Part shown: positions 10,987 through 24,866 of the stretch, piece by piece
Position numbering within the stretch: the first letter of the stretch is position 1
Layout of the letters: each line of letters starts with the position of its first letter
DNA from: the human T2T-CHM13v2.0 reference genome, Homo sapiens
Assembly (NCBI RefSeq): GCF_009914755.1
Contig: NC_060934.1
Reading direction: 5' to 3' (one strand)
Length of the DNA: 64,000 nt
Translations under genes and position numbers: made by a program
The notes under the pieces: generated by a model
The model's input: only the letters and a program-made list of their open reading frames with translations
The model's database searches: none
What the model was told of the DNA's origin: nothing

Positions 10987-12773
10987 GTCAGCAAGACAGA
11001 GTGCCATGATTGCTCTGTAAGAATGCTCGACTATTTCAATTTTGTTTTAACTTTACAAAAGTGAAATTGCTTTCACGTGTTGTAAAATTCTGTCTGCAAT
11101 TTCATGGTAGGGCCAAAACAATACATTGACGAGAATTTAGTAACACCAGATTTTATCTGATTAGAGAACTTTATCTAAAAGATGCCTATAAATATTTTGT
11201 ATAAAATATCAGAAATTGGCTGATAAAAAGACTTGCCTTTTTTCTCTATCAAGTTCATAAAAAGCTAAAATGGAAGAGGAAGCAACAAAGTATAGACATT
11301 GCCTGCAGTCACTAATCAAGAGAGTCGATGTGGCTGGGAATATGCAATGTTCTCAAACATTTTGCAGCTCGGTTATTCAACCTTGTGGTACATAGAAACC
11401 TGCAAGTTTAGTAAAGATGAATATTTTATTGAAATAAGAAACTTTTTTCTTTTATTAATCTGGAAAGACTATTTCTGAAGTTTCCTTCTCTTCTTTAGCT
11501 AAATATGGCATTTTTTTCTATGACCTATCGGTGACTATGCCAAGAAGCAGTGTAATTTCTAGCACATAAGAAAAACATCCTTTTTGCATCCTCCACAAAT
11601 ATTTAAATTTCATTTGTATATCACCTTCAGACAGTAATTTGTTTTACTATTTTTGTTTTTGTTGTTTCAGCCCCGAGCTTTTTCTCCACATCCTAATACA
11701 GATTAATGTCTTTTAGTTGCTGTTAAATTTGTTTGCTCATCCTTTGTCATATGTATAACAAATGATTAATTAAAATTAATAAAAAGTTACATCTTTATAT
11801 TGAAAGGATGAAAAAATCCCCTAGATGAAAGATTTCATGAAAGCTTGCATGAAAAATCCTCTAGTGTTTTTTCTAAATCACACACTTTTCTCTATTTTGT
11901 GGCTATAGAACTCTTTAAGCAGTAACTTCACTATTCTTAGAAAAAATTTTGAGATGTGCTTTCATCATAACCCTGTTCACCCTTGCTTGAGGCCCATTGG
12001 TGGTTTAGTGTTCTTCTAAAAAAGAACAATTATCTGAGGCTTGGTATATGTTTTTGTGCACCTTAGCTCTTTTCCTGTGGCATTTTGTCACTGTCACTTC
12101 TGCATCTTCCTTCTTAAATGTGTGACTTCTCCTTAAGCTTCATGATGGTCACTCTCCTGGCAGCACTTACTTCTGCCCATTCATTCCTTCTAAAAATTTT
12201 TTCTCTTTTGCTTCTGAAGCATAATTCTTTTCTAGCTTTCCTTACTGCTGTTTGATTAGTTTATTCTCCTCCATCACTCATCTCTTAAATTGGGCTGGAG
12301 AATTTTCTCTTCAAGTTTTTTGTATTTTTAATTTTTTTTACTTTCCCTCTAGTTTATGTCATATACCAAGGCTTCAAAAACAACTTCCAAATATATATCA
12401 GTAGCACAACACTTTATATATAGTTGCCTACAGCTCAATTTACTTTGTAATTGGAGACAGAGCTTTTTTATCTTTTGTATATCTTTAAATACCTAATAGA
12501 ATACTTGGCACACAAATATTAGATAGAAGAAAATTATACATCAATTAAATTTTAAAATAATTTCTATATCAATTTCAGGATTGTATTTTAATGAAATATT
12601 TTCCAGTGATTCACTGGACAAAACGAATGCTGTAGATATTTTTTCCCCAGATGTGTATTTGTACTTATGTCCTAATGACCAACAGACCATCCTCAAAATT
12701 GATCCATTTTTAACTCAAGCCTCTAAGAGACAGAAGTGCCTGTTAGGGACTTAGATGACATTTTACACAATAA

Positions 12774-13169
<396 letters not shown>

Positions 13170-14288
13170 TGTTGGAGCCTTTTATTGCTAAAAGTGAATA
13201 TTCCATAGAGGTAAAGAACGACCTATGTCTTTAGCATGTAAAAACAGAGCTACATTTAAGTTCTGTGGAAACAGAAGATATTAAAGATATTGGTTAAAAA
13301 TGACATGGTAGATGTTATGAAATTTGTTTTAAAGCATTACTCCCAGGTTAAGTTATGTCTGCCAAATCACAACCTAAAACACATTTTTTCAAATTAGCAA
13401 AGCTCTGAATTGAGAGTCTGTGATGATAAAAGGGTGCTCACATTCTGCGATGGGCCATAAGTGCTCTGTCAAGCTATGCATGAGGAAATGAACCTTACAT
13501 TGCCTTAGGAACATGCTGTGTCTCTTCCTGAGTGGACTTAGTGAAACCAAAGATGGTCCCTGAGATTTACTTTGTTTAATAGAAGCATGTTTTAATACAT
13601 GTTGTTCATTGCTTTACTCAGTTTTAGACTGATCTGTGGTTTTCCTCAACATGTATTTGATGTTTCTTTAGTGCAAAGTTCTGCCACACAAAAATGATCT
13701 GATTGAAAGTGCATTATATTCCAAATGGGGTAGAAATTATGTTGCTTCTTAGATCTGAGCCATTCGATCCCTGTCTTCATCCCTGTTAACTTACAGTATA
13801 TAAATATCATTAGTGGACTCTGTGAGGTGGTTCAGACCAATGTTGGAGGGAATCTGCTACAGTTCTTGCCTCTGCATTTAAGTGTATAAGTGTTTCACAG
13901 GGATGGCCAAAGTTTCCCACTCTGGGAAAAGAAGAAAAAACAGGCCAAAGAAGATTTTCTTTTGTCTGATACATTTTTAAAATTCCAACATAATATATTT
14001 AACAGATTTGTTGTACTGAATTGTTTTTGTGTATGTGTGTGGTTTGCTTGATTTTGAGACTCCATAGTCTTTTAAGAAGATGGAGGTGTGTGACCTTCAA
14101 AACCTTTTTCTCATTTCTATTAGTAGGTGTTGTCAGCTTGAGTACCTTCCGTGCAGAGCCTGTCTTGCATACCACTTACTAATCTCTTTGGTTATGAGAC
14201 ATTTAATTTGGCTTTAGGGGTGGAATTTTCTTGATGCCTATGAAAAAGAAGTTAAAAGACAATGCCAACAACAAATGGAAACTTTCAC

Positions 14289-14289
<1 letters not shown>

Positions 14290-14347
<58 letters not shown>

Positions 14348-14350
14348 ACA
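14290..14350. repeat. Compound (CT)n(CA)n microsatellite
   Basis: Directly visible. Confidence 0.95.
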
Positions 14351-15099
14351 AATTAGTCATCTTTTTTTCCTCCACCTGTTTCACACAGATATTCTAGGGC
14401 ACTGTGTATACAGAGTGTAATGCTGTCTCATTCATGGCTTGAAGCTGCCCCTGCATCCCCCTACACTGTAGTGGCCTATTTGATGACACTGGTGACTGTA
14501 TGGGGCCACAGGTTGGATCTCACCTTTGTGTGAAGCACAGAGATTTTGTTCATGTGTTTAATTTTTTTGTATCAATATGAGGATCGAAGGATTTTAGAAC
14601 TCCTTATAGAAAATATTCTTCAAAGAATATCCAGGGCTGAAAGCATAAAAAGTTATCACATAGTGTTAAGTGGCTGGTAATATTAGATAGACCCGAGTTT
14701 GAGACTGTTTTCTTAAAACATACTGGACATATCAATAAAATACGGTTTTAGTATAAGTCCAGGGAAGTTTATTACTGACAAGCATGGCTGCACGCGTGCA
14801 TTGGTTCCTAGTCTGAATGCTGGAGCTCTATAGAGCCAGGGCAGCTTATGATGACCTGCCAGTGTGCCCTGGAAATTCTATATTAGAGGAGCTGTTCTTT
14901 CTGCTCCTTGTGGTGTGACATGCCACAGTACATGTAATCTCCTGAGCCTGGGTATGTCTGACAAATTGAGGATATAGGGCTTAATTTATTTAGAGTTTTG
15001 CCAGGTAACACATAAATGTGTCTGGTATACTCCCCTGAAAATATACTACGGTTATGTCGAGAATTACAATAGCGAGGGACTGTGTACTTCCTGCAGATC

Positions 15100-16450
15100 A
15101 TGGAGATCATGGAAGCCTCCCAGGGGAGGCACCATCTCGGTAGTGACCTGAGTGAGGAACGGAGCTGGTGCTGCCCATGCCAGGGGAGGCCAAGCTGAGC
15201 CAAGGACACAGAATATGGTATGTTCTGAGGACAGGGCCACAGCCAACCAGCCAGGCAGGAAAGAGCAGGTGGTAGGGAGAGTGGCAGAAAGGAGAGAAGA
15301 GGGGTGCACAGCACCTGGACAATGGGAACCTTTGTAAAAGACAGAGCAAGAAACTTGACTTTTCCTGGAGATGGGATGGAGAGCCTATGGAGAGCTTCAG
15401 CCAGAAAATGATATCCTCTGATATTCACTTTAAAAGCTGACTCTGACACTCTGTGAGAAATAGATGGCACAGGGGAAGGAGTGGAGGCAGGGAGGCCAAG
15501 TGGCTGGTGAAGACTTGCATTTGAGAGTCAGGTGGACACGAGGAACATGGCTGTGTTTAGGATGATAGCACCTGTGGAGGGACTGGAGTAGAAGATGTCA
15601 ACTGAAGAATCACAGGATTCAAAATTTGGAAAGAACTTTATTTCTCATGAAGGGTTACTGACTGAGGGCTGGCCATCCTGCTGGCTGGGAGGCATAGCTG
15701 AGAGGAAGCACTTGGACGGAATGGAAGGCAAGACAGAAATGCATGCCGAGTGGGTGGCAAAATATACATATTTAATGAGCTATAGGAGGAGTTACAAATA
15801 TTTATGAGAGGAGAAACCTGTTCAGGAACAATTCTTAATGGCTTTTCATGGATTGCATATTTTAAAAAATGGCATTAGTGTGATCTGAGGTGGACTTTTT
15901 AGCCCTCTGACATCAAAAGGTAAAGTGAAGGATGCCAAAACCCTCACTGCATCCTTTGAGAGTCAGCCAAAACACATCCAGAGATGGCAGTCACTGTTTA
16001 GAAAGAAATGCATTGTGTGATGAGTGAACTGTCACCTGGAAGCAGTGAAGAGGAAGGGGAATCTTGTAGCAGCCTCAGATGGTTTGCTAAAAATGATGAA
16101 GAAACAAGTCATCTATTTATTGTTTTCCAGAGCTGGTCTCTGCTTACTCCTTACGAAGGAGTTTTGGCTAAAGGTTGATAAGGAAGGGGCATACTGAGGC
16201 ACACTTGACCTCCCATCTGTCATGGCCAATAACTCAGTTTTTAAGGTTTCTCTGGAATCCTCTTGGCCAAGAGAGGGGTATTTCCAGTTGATTAAGGGGC
16301 TTAAGATTTTATTTGTATCTCTCAAATGTTAAGGAAAGAGAAGAATCAAAGGCATCTGCTAGAGTTTTGCTAAGCAAGAAGCCAGGGAGGTAGTAGAGCT
16401 GTTGGCCAAGATGGAAATCACTTAGGAGGGGGCTTGTGGGGAAACCACAC
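15100..16450 (-). mobile_element. L2 fragment, split by an LTR at 15596-16324
   Basis: Purine-rich degenerate L2-like sequence on both sides of the LTR. Confidence 0.6.
15596..16324 (-). mobile_element. ERV1 MER4-group solo LTR (MER31/MER39-like)
   Basis: TG...CA termini; minus strand begins TGAGAGATACAAATAAAATCTTAAGCCCC..CTCTTGGCCAAGAGG. Confidence 0.65.
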
Positions 16451-16682
16451 CTCCATTCTAGCCATATCAGTTGCTAATGTAGGTGATACCAAGAAACAGC
16501 AGAGCGCCCATGAGTGTTTTCATAATGTTTGGATCATGATGGGATAAAATACTATGCGTTTGGTACAAGAGAAGCCAGGGGGTGGTATAATTAGTGCTTA
16601 AAGGGGGACTGTGGGGTGGCTTCATTGCTGTAGTGAGGAAGGAGGAGCAGAAGGTAAACAGGTGGAAGAGGCAAAGCAACTG

Positions 16683-16785
16683 GTTAGGTTTGTGTAAGTA
16701 CACTCCAGGATGTTCCCATAATAATAAAATCCCCTAAGGATGCGTTTCTCAAAATGCATCTCCATTGTTAAGTGTATGACTCTGT
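16683..16785 (+). mobile_element. Tigger3-like DNA transposon terminal fragment
   Basis: AGGTTTGTGTAAGTACACTC..GCGTTTCTCA..GTTAAG resembles the Tigger3 end. Confidence 0.6.
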
Positions 16786-17338
16786 ATTTTGTAAGCTGCT
16801 GATCCCCTCTGGTATGATTTGAAGACTAATCTTACTTTTACTTTATTGGTATCAAACTTAATAAGACTTGTCCTACTAAGGAATAGTGAGGAACCATGAA
16901 ATCCAGTATAATGTGATGGACTTTTTAGATTCCCAATCTTCTATTTATGAATGAGCTTTGTGTTGCTTATTAACTGAGCAGCAAGATACAGCAGCTTTTG
17001 CTTTATGAATGATGCATGACTGGTTGCTCACATAGCACAACTGCAGTGTGCTGGAGGAACAGCAACACTCCTTGAAAACAGTCCAATTATTTCATTTATC
17101 ATTTTAAACTCTTACATTGTAAGCAAAATAGACAATAGTCAGGAATATAGTAAAATGTGTATGAGATAAAGTCAGACTAGGATTGCTGGGCTAAAAATTG
17201 AAGCTATTTTATACAAATTGTAAGGCTTGCAATTGATGAAAATAAAAGTTATTAAAATGGTAGTAAATCATAATATAGAAAATATTAATAAATTATGAAC
17301 TAGAAATTAAAGCCATTGTCTACTAAGCATATAGGTCT

Positions 17339-17590
17339 GCAGGAGGATGGCTTGCTTGAGCCCAGGAGTTCTGGGCTGTAGAATGTGACACTGAAAGGTT
17401 ACTGGTGCTAAGCTCGACATCAATATGGTGACCTCCTGGGAGCAGGGGACCACCAGGGTGCCTAAGGAGGGGCGAACAAGCTCAGGTCAGAAACAGATCA
17501 GATCGGAACTCCTGCGCTGGTCAGTAGTGGGCTCACATCTGTGAATAGCCACTTCCCTCCAGCTGGGCAATATAGCCAGACTCTGTCTCT
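17339..17590 (+). pseudogene. 7SL (SRP) RNA pseudogene, 5'-truncated, with A-rich tail (possibly RN7SL314P)
   Basis: Contains the 7SL-specific S domain CATCAATATGGTGACCTCC..GGGGACCACCAGG..CCTAAGGAGGGG..TCAGTAGTGGG..TGTGAATAGCCAC, which Alu lacks. Confidence 0.92.
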
Positions 17591-17610
17591 CATAAAAAAT
17601 TTATTAAAAA

Positions 17611-17657
<47 letters not shown>
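17611..17657. repeat. (TA)n(TG)n microsatellite at the 7SL tail
   Basis: Directly visible. Confidence 0.95.
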
Positions 17658-17659
<2 letters not shown>

Positions 17660-17684
17660 ATACCATGAAACAGTCACAGACTCT

Positions 17685-17830
17685 AGCATTGGAGAGACCT
17701 GGATTCAAATCTTGCCTCGGCCCTTTACTATATGACATTGGATTGAACCCCTGAGCCTTATTTGCTTCATCTGTGAAATGGGAATAATTAGTATCTCTAT
17801 TGCAAGGGTTTTGAAATAATATATGTGGGA
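17685..17830 (+). mobile_element. MIR
   Basis: AGACCTGGATTCAAATC..CATCTGTGAAATGGGAATAAT core. Confidence 0.75.
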
Positions 17831-18899
17831 ATACCCAGGAAGGGGTATGGATAGAAGAGAGTAGAAACTGAAACCAAGACCCACCTTTCACTTATGCCTG
17901 AGGGCAGTGTGTCATTGATGAAAATAGGAAGTATTAGGGAAAAGGGGGAGAAAGTGAGGGTTGATTTTAGACTAAATTTGAAAGCGTTTATGATTTGGAA
18001 AACTTCTGTTGGAAGTTTGGAGTGATTGCAGGGTGTGCTGGTGAATCCTCCTGTGCACCCATAAGGGTGTGTGTATAAATGAATCACTAGTCTCAGATAC
18101 ACATCCCATTCTGTCAGATGTGTAGAGCCTGTGCCTATCAGTAAGCTTTGGGGACTGTGCTTTCTTCATATTTGTGTCTCTGAGAAGTAAACAAGAGGTT
18201 GACGTGCAATAAGCGTTCAAAAACCGCTGGCGGAAGAAAGGCATGGTTGTAGTGGTTGTAACATTATTCATTTTATAAAGGAAATAAATCAATGTTAAAA
18301 GTAGATACCAAGATTTTAACTTTTAAATTTGGACTTTTTTACAATTTTCATTGGTGTTACCATGATATCTTTATTAAATCTTTTCTTCCCCAAGAACATC
18401 ATTCCATTAAAAAAAAAACCATGAAGTTTGGTGCATAAAAGCAGTAAAAAGAGTAGCAGCAAGAGGGAGAGAGGGAGAGAGAAAGAAAGAGAAAGAATTT
18501 TGGAGGGCTACAAGCTCCTGCTAAATTTCAGTTGCAATTGTCAGAGTTAAAGAAAACATTAAAGAAAACGTCTCATTAAGTGGCTCCCTGGATTTTTCTG
18601 CTCTGGGAAGGCTGCCTGAGGGATGGATCATGGCCAGCCTGCAGGGGTCAGATCCCTAGTATTGTGTTCTAGCCTCTTACCTCATTGACTCCAGCAAAGT
18701 GATTTTACAGCCAGAGCTGTTTTAAGATCAGTGTACACATATTTGTGGGTGGAGAAGTAGAATTTGAGGAACGAAGAAACATAGCTTAGTTTTGAAGTTT
18801 TCATTTCATAGCTTCTTGGGCTTTTGGTGAAATGGAATGTGTGGAAGTAGGAGTACAGCTAACTGTGCTAGGCAGGGCAGCCCTGTGAGTTCTACTGCT

Positions 18900-19035
18900 G
18901 TCTTGGTTTTACAGAGGGGGAAGTGAGGCACAGAGAAGTTAATTAACCTCTGAAGTGTTGCAGTCTAAGGCACAGAGGCACAGTTCCAGGCAAGGTTCAT
19001 CTGAATCTTAAGTCCTCACTCTTTGCCACCATCCT
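18900..19035 (-). mobile_element. MIR
   Basis: TTTTACAGAGGGGGAAGTGAGGCACAGAGAAGTTAA core. Confidence 0.65.
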
Positions 19036-20889
19036 CCACTGCTGAGACCATCCCTGTGAGTCCTGCCGCTCTCCTCCCCTGGTCCATATTCACTGCTACT
19101 CAATGAGGCCAAGGAAGCCAATGGTCGTGTCCCCAAGAGGATATCTCTCCCCTCCTGAGAATCTTTCTCATACATCTCAATTCTGAGATACAGATTGAGA
19201 AGCACCTCAGCAAATCCACTGCATGGAAGGCAAAACAACCTTGATCCACAGCAATGACCACAAGCAAGGGAAGCCTGGCTATGAGCACAGTCATAATGTC
19301 GTTCAAGTTTGGAGATTCAAAGCATAGCATGTCTACCTGAACATCCTCAGATCCTGCTGACATCACCAGTGGAGGTCCTCTGCTGATTGATATAAATCAT
19401 TTTCAAATCCAGCAATGCATTGATGACTGTTAATTCCATGCTCCTCAAACTTGCCCAGAAATGCCTCTAATAGGTAAGAGAAAGAGAAGACACCTCAGTA
19501 TGTATCCTATGGCAATGCATCTCAAAAATGATACTTATTTAAAGACTCTGTTTTTAGGTAAAAAGAAATTATTCAAATGTATTCTGAAAATGTTATTGGT
19601 TTTAATATAAAATGATATGTTCTCCAAATCTTTAAGTGGGATTGAAGATCCAGGAAGATGTATCTTGATATTCTTGATCATTTGGTTTAATGCAGCTACG
19701 CACAGGCAGTACTCTAATTTAGGATCCATGAATCTTCAGGTCACACTGGCCTTTCAAAGGATGCTCTGAATGCCCCAATAAGTGATTGATACGAACTTTT
19801 CAGTGAGATAAAATAGCTCTTATTCAGGATATGTTCATGTGTATATACATTCTGTGTCTTCTATTCTCTACATTTTCATTAATTCCATGTAGAAAAGTAG
19901 AGGCTAGGGACGCTGTCCCTCCCAGGGTCACTGCCATTAAGCCCTGTGGGTGACCACTTGTCTTTAGCACCTGTGAGGCCCACTGTTGGGGCGAGAGGAG
20001 TCTTCATCAACAGCAGCAACAATAACTAGATGTCTCCAGCTTATGATTCCTGCCATCTTGGAGGCTACAGAAAAGACTGAGTGCCAAGATGGTTTCCAGG
20101 ACTTCCAGGACTTCCAGCTCTGAAATTCCTTTTCTCAGTGATAAGGATCAAATAAGCAAATGGCCTGGGCAGTTCCACTCTGTGTAATGGAGGTGGCCTT
20201 ATTCCCTCCCCAGCCCTGCAGAAGCAGCTGAGGCTCTGGAGCACAACTTAGGCTGAGAATCACCCCCTTCTTCCTGGGGCCCTGACTGAGGCAGGCACCC
20301 AGTTCAGCAGTTTGATGTGCAGCTATGTGAACAACACTTCTCATGAGCAATCATCACCCCCCCTTTCTCTTGTCTATTTGGGCACTAAGTTGCTGGTGAA
20401 CATCCTTCATGATCAAAGAGCAACATCTGAGTGTGTCCTGAGTGAAGTTCTGTAAAGATAAGAAGCAGGACTTGCCACCGCATTGTAAGAGAAAGTTTAC
20501 CAGCATCAATTAATTAAAATAGAAGGCAGCCAATCGGCATTGGGCACAAGGGAATGATGCTTGTATTGGAGCATGATGAAGAGATGTCAGCTTTGTCTCA
20601 GCACCAACATCACTATTAACACTTGCTATCTGTCACCAATCAGCAATCTGTTCCTGATGTAATCGAGAGTTCCAAAGCACAGCTCAATTCTTCCACCTCT
20701 CTGAGAAGAGTGGTGTGTAGGCCTTCTGACAGTGGGAGAAAGTTGCACTCTTTGGGACTCAGTTTCTTCTCAAAACTCATTCAGAAATCATCACGTGTCA
20801 CTGTTAGCTAGGTCCAGGATGTTTGAATAAGAATTGTGGTTATATTATAGTAAATTGTGTAAAAAATCAGTTAGTTATGGGTAATAGGT

Positions 20890-21070
20890 ATGGCAGTTAC
20901 CATGTGCCAAGAATCTTATAAAGTTTTTTACATTTAGTAATTCATTTAAGTCTCACAGTAACCCTACAAGGTATATTTTCCTTATTTTAAAGAGGACAAA
21001 ACTGAGGTACAGTGGTTAAATAATGACTCAATGACAAAAGTGGGATTGGAGTCCCAACAGTGTGGACATG
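20890..21070 (-). mobile_element. MIR
   Basis: TCTCACAGTAACCCT..ATTTTAAAGAGGACAAAACTGAGGTACAG. Confidence 0.6.
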
Positions 21071-21072
21071 CT

Positions 21073-21437
21073 TGCTTTGGATTGAATGTTTGTGTCTTGC
21101 CCCATATCCCAATGTTACAGCCCTAACCACCAATGTGATGGTATTGAGATTAGGGCCTTGAGTACTTAACTAGGGTTAGCCGAGGTCAGGAGGGTGGATG
21201 CCTTATTATGGGATTAGTGCCCTTCTAAGAGGGACAGTAGAGGGCTTGTTCATGCTCTCTCTCTCCATGCACAAGAAAGAGCACACAGTGAGAAGGAAAG
21301 AGGCCCTCACCAGAACCTGACCATGCTGGCACCGTGATTGCAGACTTCCAGCCTCCAGGATTGTGAGAAGATAAATATCTGTGGTTTAAGTCACCAAGTC
21401 TGTGGTGTGTTTTATGGCAGCACAAGGTAACCCAGAT
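21073..21437 (+). mobile_element. MaLR solo LTR (MLT1A/MSTD-like)
   Basis: TGCTTTGGATTGAATGTTTGTGTC..CAATGTGATGGTATT..GACTTCCAGCCTCCAG. Confidence 0.8.
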
Positions 21438-22897
21438 GATGCTTTTCACCACTGGGTGGTCCAGCCTTTCATGGAAGCTGTCAGCTCCTCAGCCTTGCAA
21501 AAAATGCTTGCTGGTCACTCTCTTTGGTCCTTTCAGATGCCTTTCTTAGTGGTGCCTCTACCAGGCCCTTGACTTCATCCTTTTCTGTCAGAGGAAGGGT
21601 GAGTAAAGTACCTCCTCCCTATGCATCTGCTGTGGGAAGTGTGGGTAACTCACAGATGATGCCACAGGGCATGTATTCAGGCACCACAGGCAGCAGTGAA
21701 TGAATGAAGTGAAATGGTATTTATCCATTTCCTGGAAAGGTCCAGGGTTTGGCTCTGCAGGGCCAAGAGAACAGCTTTAGCTGTGCCTTAACCCAGTCCT
21801 GGAGAAGCCAGCAGGCCGTAATCACGGGGAGGAAACCCATCTTTTAAGGGCTCCTCGCTCAGGTGGTGACAAGGTGAGGTGGTCATCTATGCTGTCTTTA
21901 TCAGTATCTGTCCTAAATACTGTGCTCTGACATTGATGCTAATATTCCATATTATCAGGGCTTCTGTGGTGTTTAGGCCTCTAATTTTTCTCTTCAGTAA
22001 GGGGAATAACTTTGCTGTGTCAGCGCAGTGCCTCAGGAGGGTTGCAATCTAGAAACAGTGATTGTTAAAATTGCCTATAAACACACAATATAAACAATAT
22101 GCCACAGACACAGAGGCCCCCAGCATAGTTTCTGGAAGGTGAAGTCTCACCTCTGCCAGAGTAGAGTCACAGTGGGAATTGAGGCTTGGCATCTGGGTGC
22201 CTCTGAAGCTCTTCCTGTGGCTCCTGTTAGACAATTGACCCCGAAACACAGAAGATAGAGATTGCACATTGCGTTCAGTAATTGTTGTTTATTTATGTTA
22301 TTTCTGAAAATAAAAGACAGCACAGGCTGCTTATCTTTAAACCACACAGTACCAGTTTTAAACCTGTTCTATTCTAACCTTGGAATGGAGTCACATGTTT
22401 CAGCAGCAATATGCTGTTTCCCTTCCTCGGTTTCTCACATCACCCTCTGGAGAATGGTGTGGAAACTGCCCTGTTTTTACATCAAGATAAAAGCTTCAGG
22501 AAGTTACTGGAGAGTGGAATGCAGGGGTCATTCTGGATAACACAAAATAACTATTTGATTAGACCAACCATTTGGTCTCTAAAATTGGGTGCTAAAGACA
22601 AAGATAGGAAATTCAAAAAATCACCACCTGTAGAAGAAAAATCAGTTAATAATTTGACAGATTTAAGGGCCTCACCTTTCTCTCACAGAACTTTACCTCA
22701 TAACACCCTGTTTGGGAAAATTGGAAAATATCTTCTCCTTACCTCCTAGGGGATAAACAAGAGTTTAAATGTTGCCACCAACTCAAACAAAACACACCTC
22801 ATTCTTTATGTTCTGGAGGGAGAGGGAGTCCTTATTTTGCTTCAAAGTTTCCTTTCTGGAGCTTCTTTTTTTTAAGTAAAAAAAAAAAAATGTGTTT

Positions 22898-23006
22898 AAG
22901 GACTAGTAAAGTACAGTATTGAGAAGTAGGGAAAGAATAGAAGGAGGAGTTGAATCTGTAATTGACTGAGCAATCAGTTGAGATAACTCACTGCCTCCAC
23001 ATAACC
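22898..23006 (-). pseudogene. Y RNA (RNY1-derived) pseudogene
   Basis: Reverse complement aligns across the length of hY1 (GCAGTGAGTTATCTCAACTGATTG..CAGTCAATTACAGATTCAACTCC..TTCTCAATACTGTACTTTACTAGTC). Confidence 0.88.
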
Positions 23007-23154
23007 TTGGGCTGTCCTATGAGTCAGTGGAGAGCAACCCCTCTCATGTAGGTTCAGTCTGAGGTAGCTCACTGGCACTGGGAAAGTTGATCAGGGTAGT
23101 CCCATCTCATGCACAGCCCCATTTCCCCATGAGCCGCTAGAGTGGCTCGTATCA

Positions 23155-23810
23155 GAAAGATGCCATACCAAATGCTGGCAAGGACCTGGAGCAACTAGAA
23201 TGCATGTGCATTTACCTTGTCCTGACAGCCACTTTGGAGAACTCTTTGGCTGTTTCTTATAAAGCTAAACATAATCTTCCCAAATAACATGGCAATCCCA
23301 CTTCCACTTGTTTATGTGAAAAAAATGGAAACATGTCCACGAAAAAGACTTGTAGAAGCTTGTCCATAGCAGCCTTATTCTTAATAATAGGTCTAAACTG
23401 GAAATAATCCAAACATCCACAAACAAGAGATTGGATAAAGAAATTGTTATATATTCATACAATGGAATAACATTCCAAAAATAAAATGAATGTGTTACAG
23501 GTACGTATAACAACATGAATTCATCTCAAAGACATTATGTTGAAGCCAGATTTGACATAACTCATTCTTTGTCATTCCATTTATGTGAACTTTGGGAATA
23601 GTCAAAACTTAGCTATGGTGACAGCAGTCAGGGCAGTAATTATCTATCGAGTGTGGAGATTGACTGAAAAGGGCACAGGAGAACTTTCTGAAATAATAAA
23701 AATGTCCTATATCTTGTTTTGCATCGTAGTTACACAGGTGTAGACAGTTGCTAAAACGCTAAAAACTAAATGTGTAAGATTTATGCATTTTAGTGTATTT
23801 AAATTATAAC
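23155..23810 (+). mobile_element. Old L1M (MC/MD/ME) 3' end
   Basis: ATACCAAATGCTGGCAAGG..GCAATCCCACTTC..ATACAATGGAAT..TTCCATTTATGTGAA. Confidence 0.75.
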
Positions 23811-24549
23811 CCCCAGAAAGCATTGCCTCATTTTTTCTGGAGGGTAAATATGCTCGTTAGGAGCATAAGGGGATGATTTTGAGAAACCCTTGCTCTGTCA
23901 TTCTGTCAGTAAACCGCCACTAACTTTTCTGGTTTCAAAAAAGCAAGGTCCATTGATGAAACTCCTTTGTGCCTTAGTGACAAATAACATTGATAAGGCC
24001 TACTGTCAACAAGAGTGTGTTTGTTATATCTTTTGTTTTTAGTGACTAAATTTGTAGGAATGATATTTTCATGGGATTACTCAATCTCACCCACCATTAG
24101 TTGCAGGTGACAAGAAAGCTAAGTTGGCAGATGTTTGTGCTAGAAGCTGTGGGTTTACGTCTCCTTTGTGCATGTGTTCCAGACATACCAGTGGCTTGGT
24201 ATTTAAACATCATGCTCAGGTGTGCAGGGTAGTTTTTGAGTTATAATAGGTATGCAGGCGCTGTGGGATTACTTGGTTGTTTATGTAAAAATTATTTTGC
24301 ACTCACTTCTGAAATGAGTGTTAGTAGAATCATCTTTAGAGGAGGTTCCAAGGCATTGAACTGAGATACCTGCACTGTTTGCTGTAAATTTAAGCTTAAA
24401 ATTGAAACCAGGTTATCAGCATTTCATGCCAGGAGAGAGTGGGCATGAATGATTTCAGGAAATGAAGAGCTAGATTTCAGCCTTGAATTTGCTTCCACCC
24501 TTCTGTGGCAAATTAGTGTGGGCTCACTGAGCACTTTATCTGCCCGTGG

Positions 24550-24866
24550 TAATTTATTTTACCAGACAGGGTGTCACTTTGTCATCCAGGCTGGAGTACA
24601 GTGGCACAATCATAGCTTAGTGCAGCCTCATTCTCTTGGGCACAAGCGCTCCTCAGCCTCCCTCCTCAGCCTCCCAGTTGCTGGAACTTACAGGTGCACC
24701 ACCATAACCAGCTAGTTTTATTTTTTGTAGAGACAGAAGTCTCACTTTTTTTCCTAGACTGGTCTGAAATAGACCATTCTATTTGCTAGAATGGTCTCAA
24801 ACCATCCTTCTGCCTCAGCCTCCCAAATTGCTGGAATTTCAGGCATAATTCATCATGCCTAGCCAT
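24550..24866 (-). mobile_element. AluJ
   Basis: Diverged dimer with J-type ATCATAGCT and GACAGGG. Confidence 0.85.

Noticed and set aside
11808-11865. Small imperfect palindrome TTCATGAAAGCTTGCATGAA with a flanking short duplication
   Set aside because: Too short in AT-rich DNA to distinguish from chance or a trivial slippage event
14883-15470. 195-aa minus-strand ORF
   Set aside because: Largely overlaps degenerate L2; non-ATG start; no motif recognised
19100-19366. ORF containing LLVVIAVDQ, faintly like GPCR TM3
   Set aside because: No other 7TM or vomeronasal receptor motifs in the flanking frames; cannot be supported without tblastn/HMM
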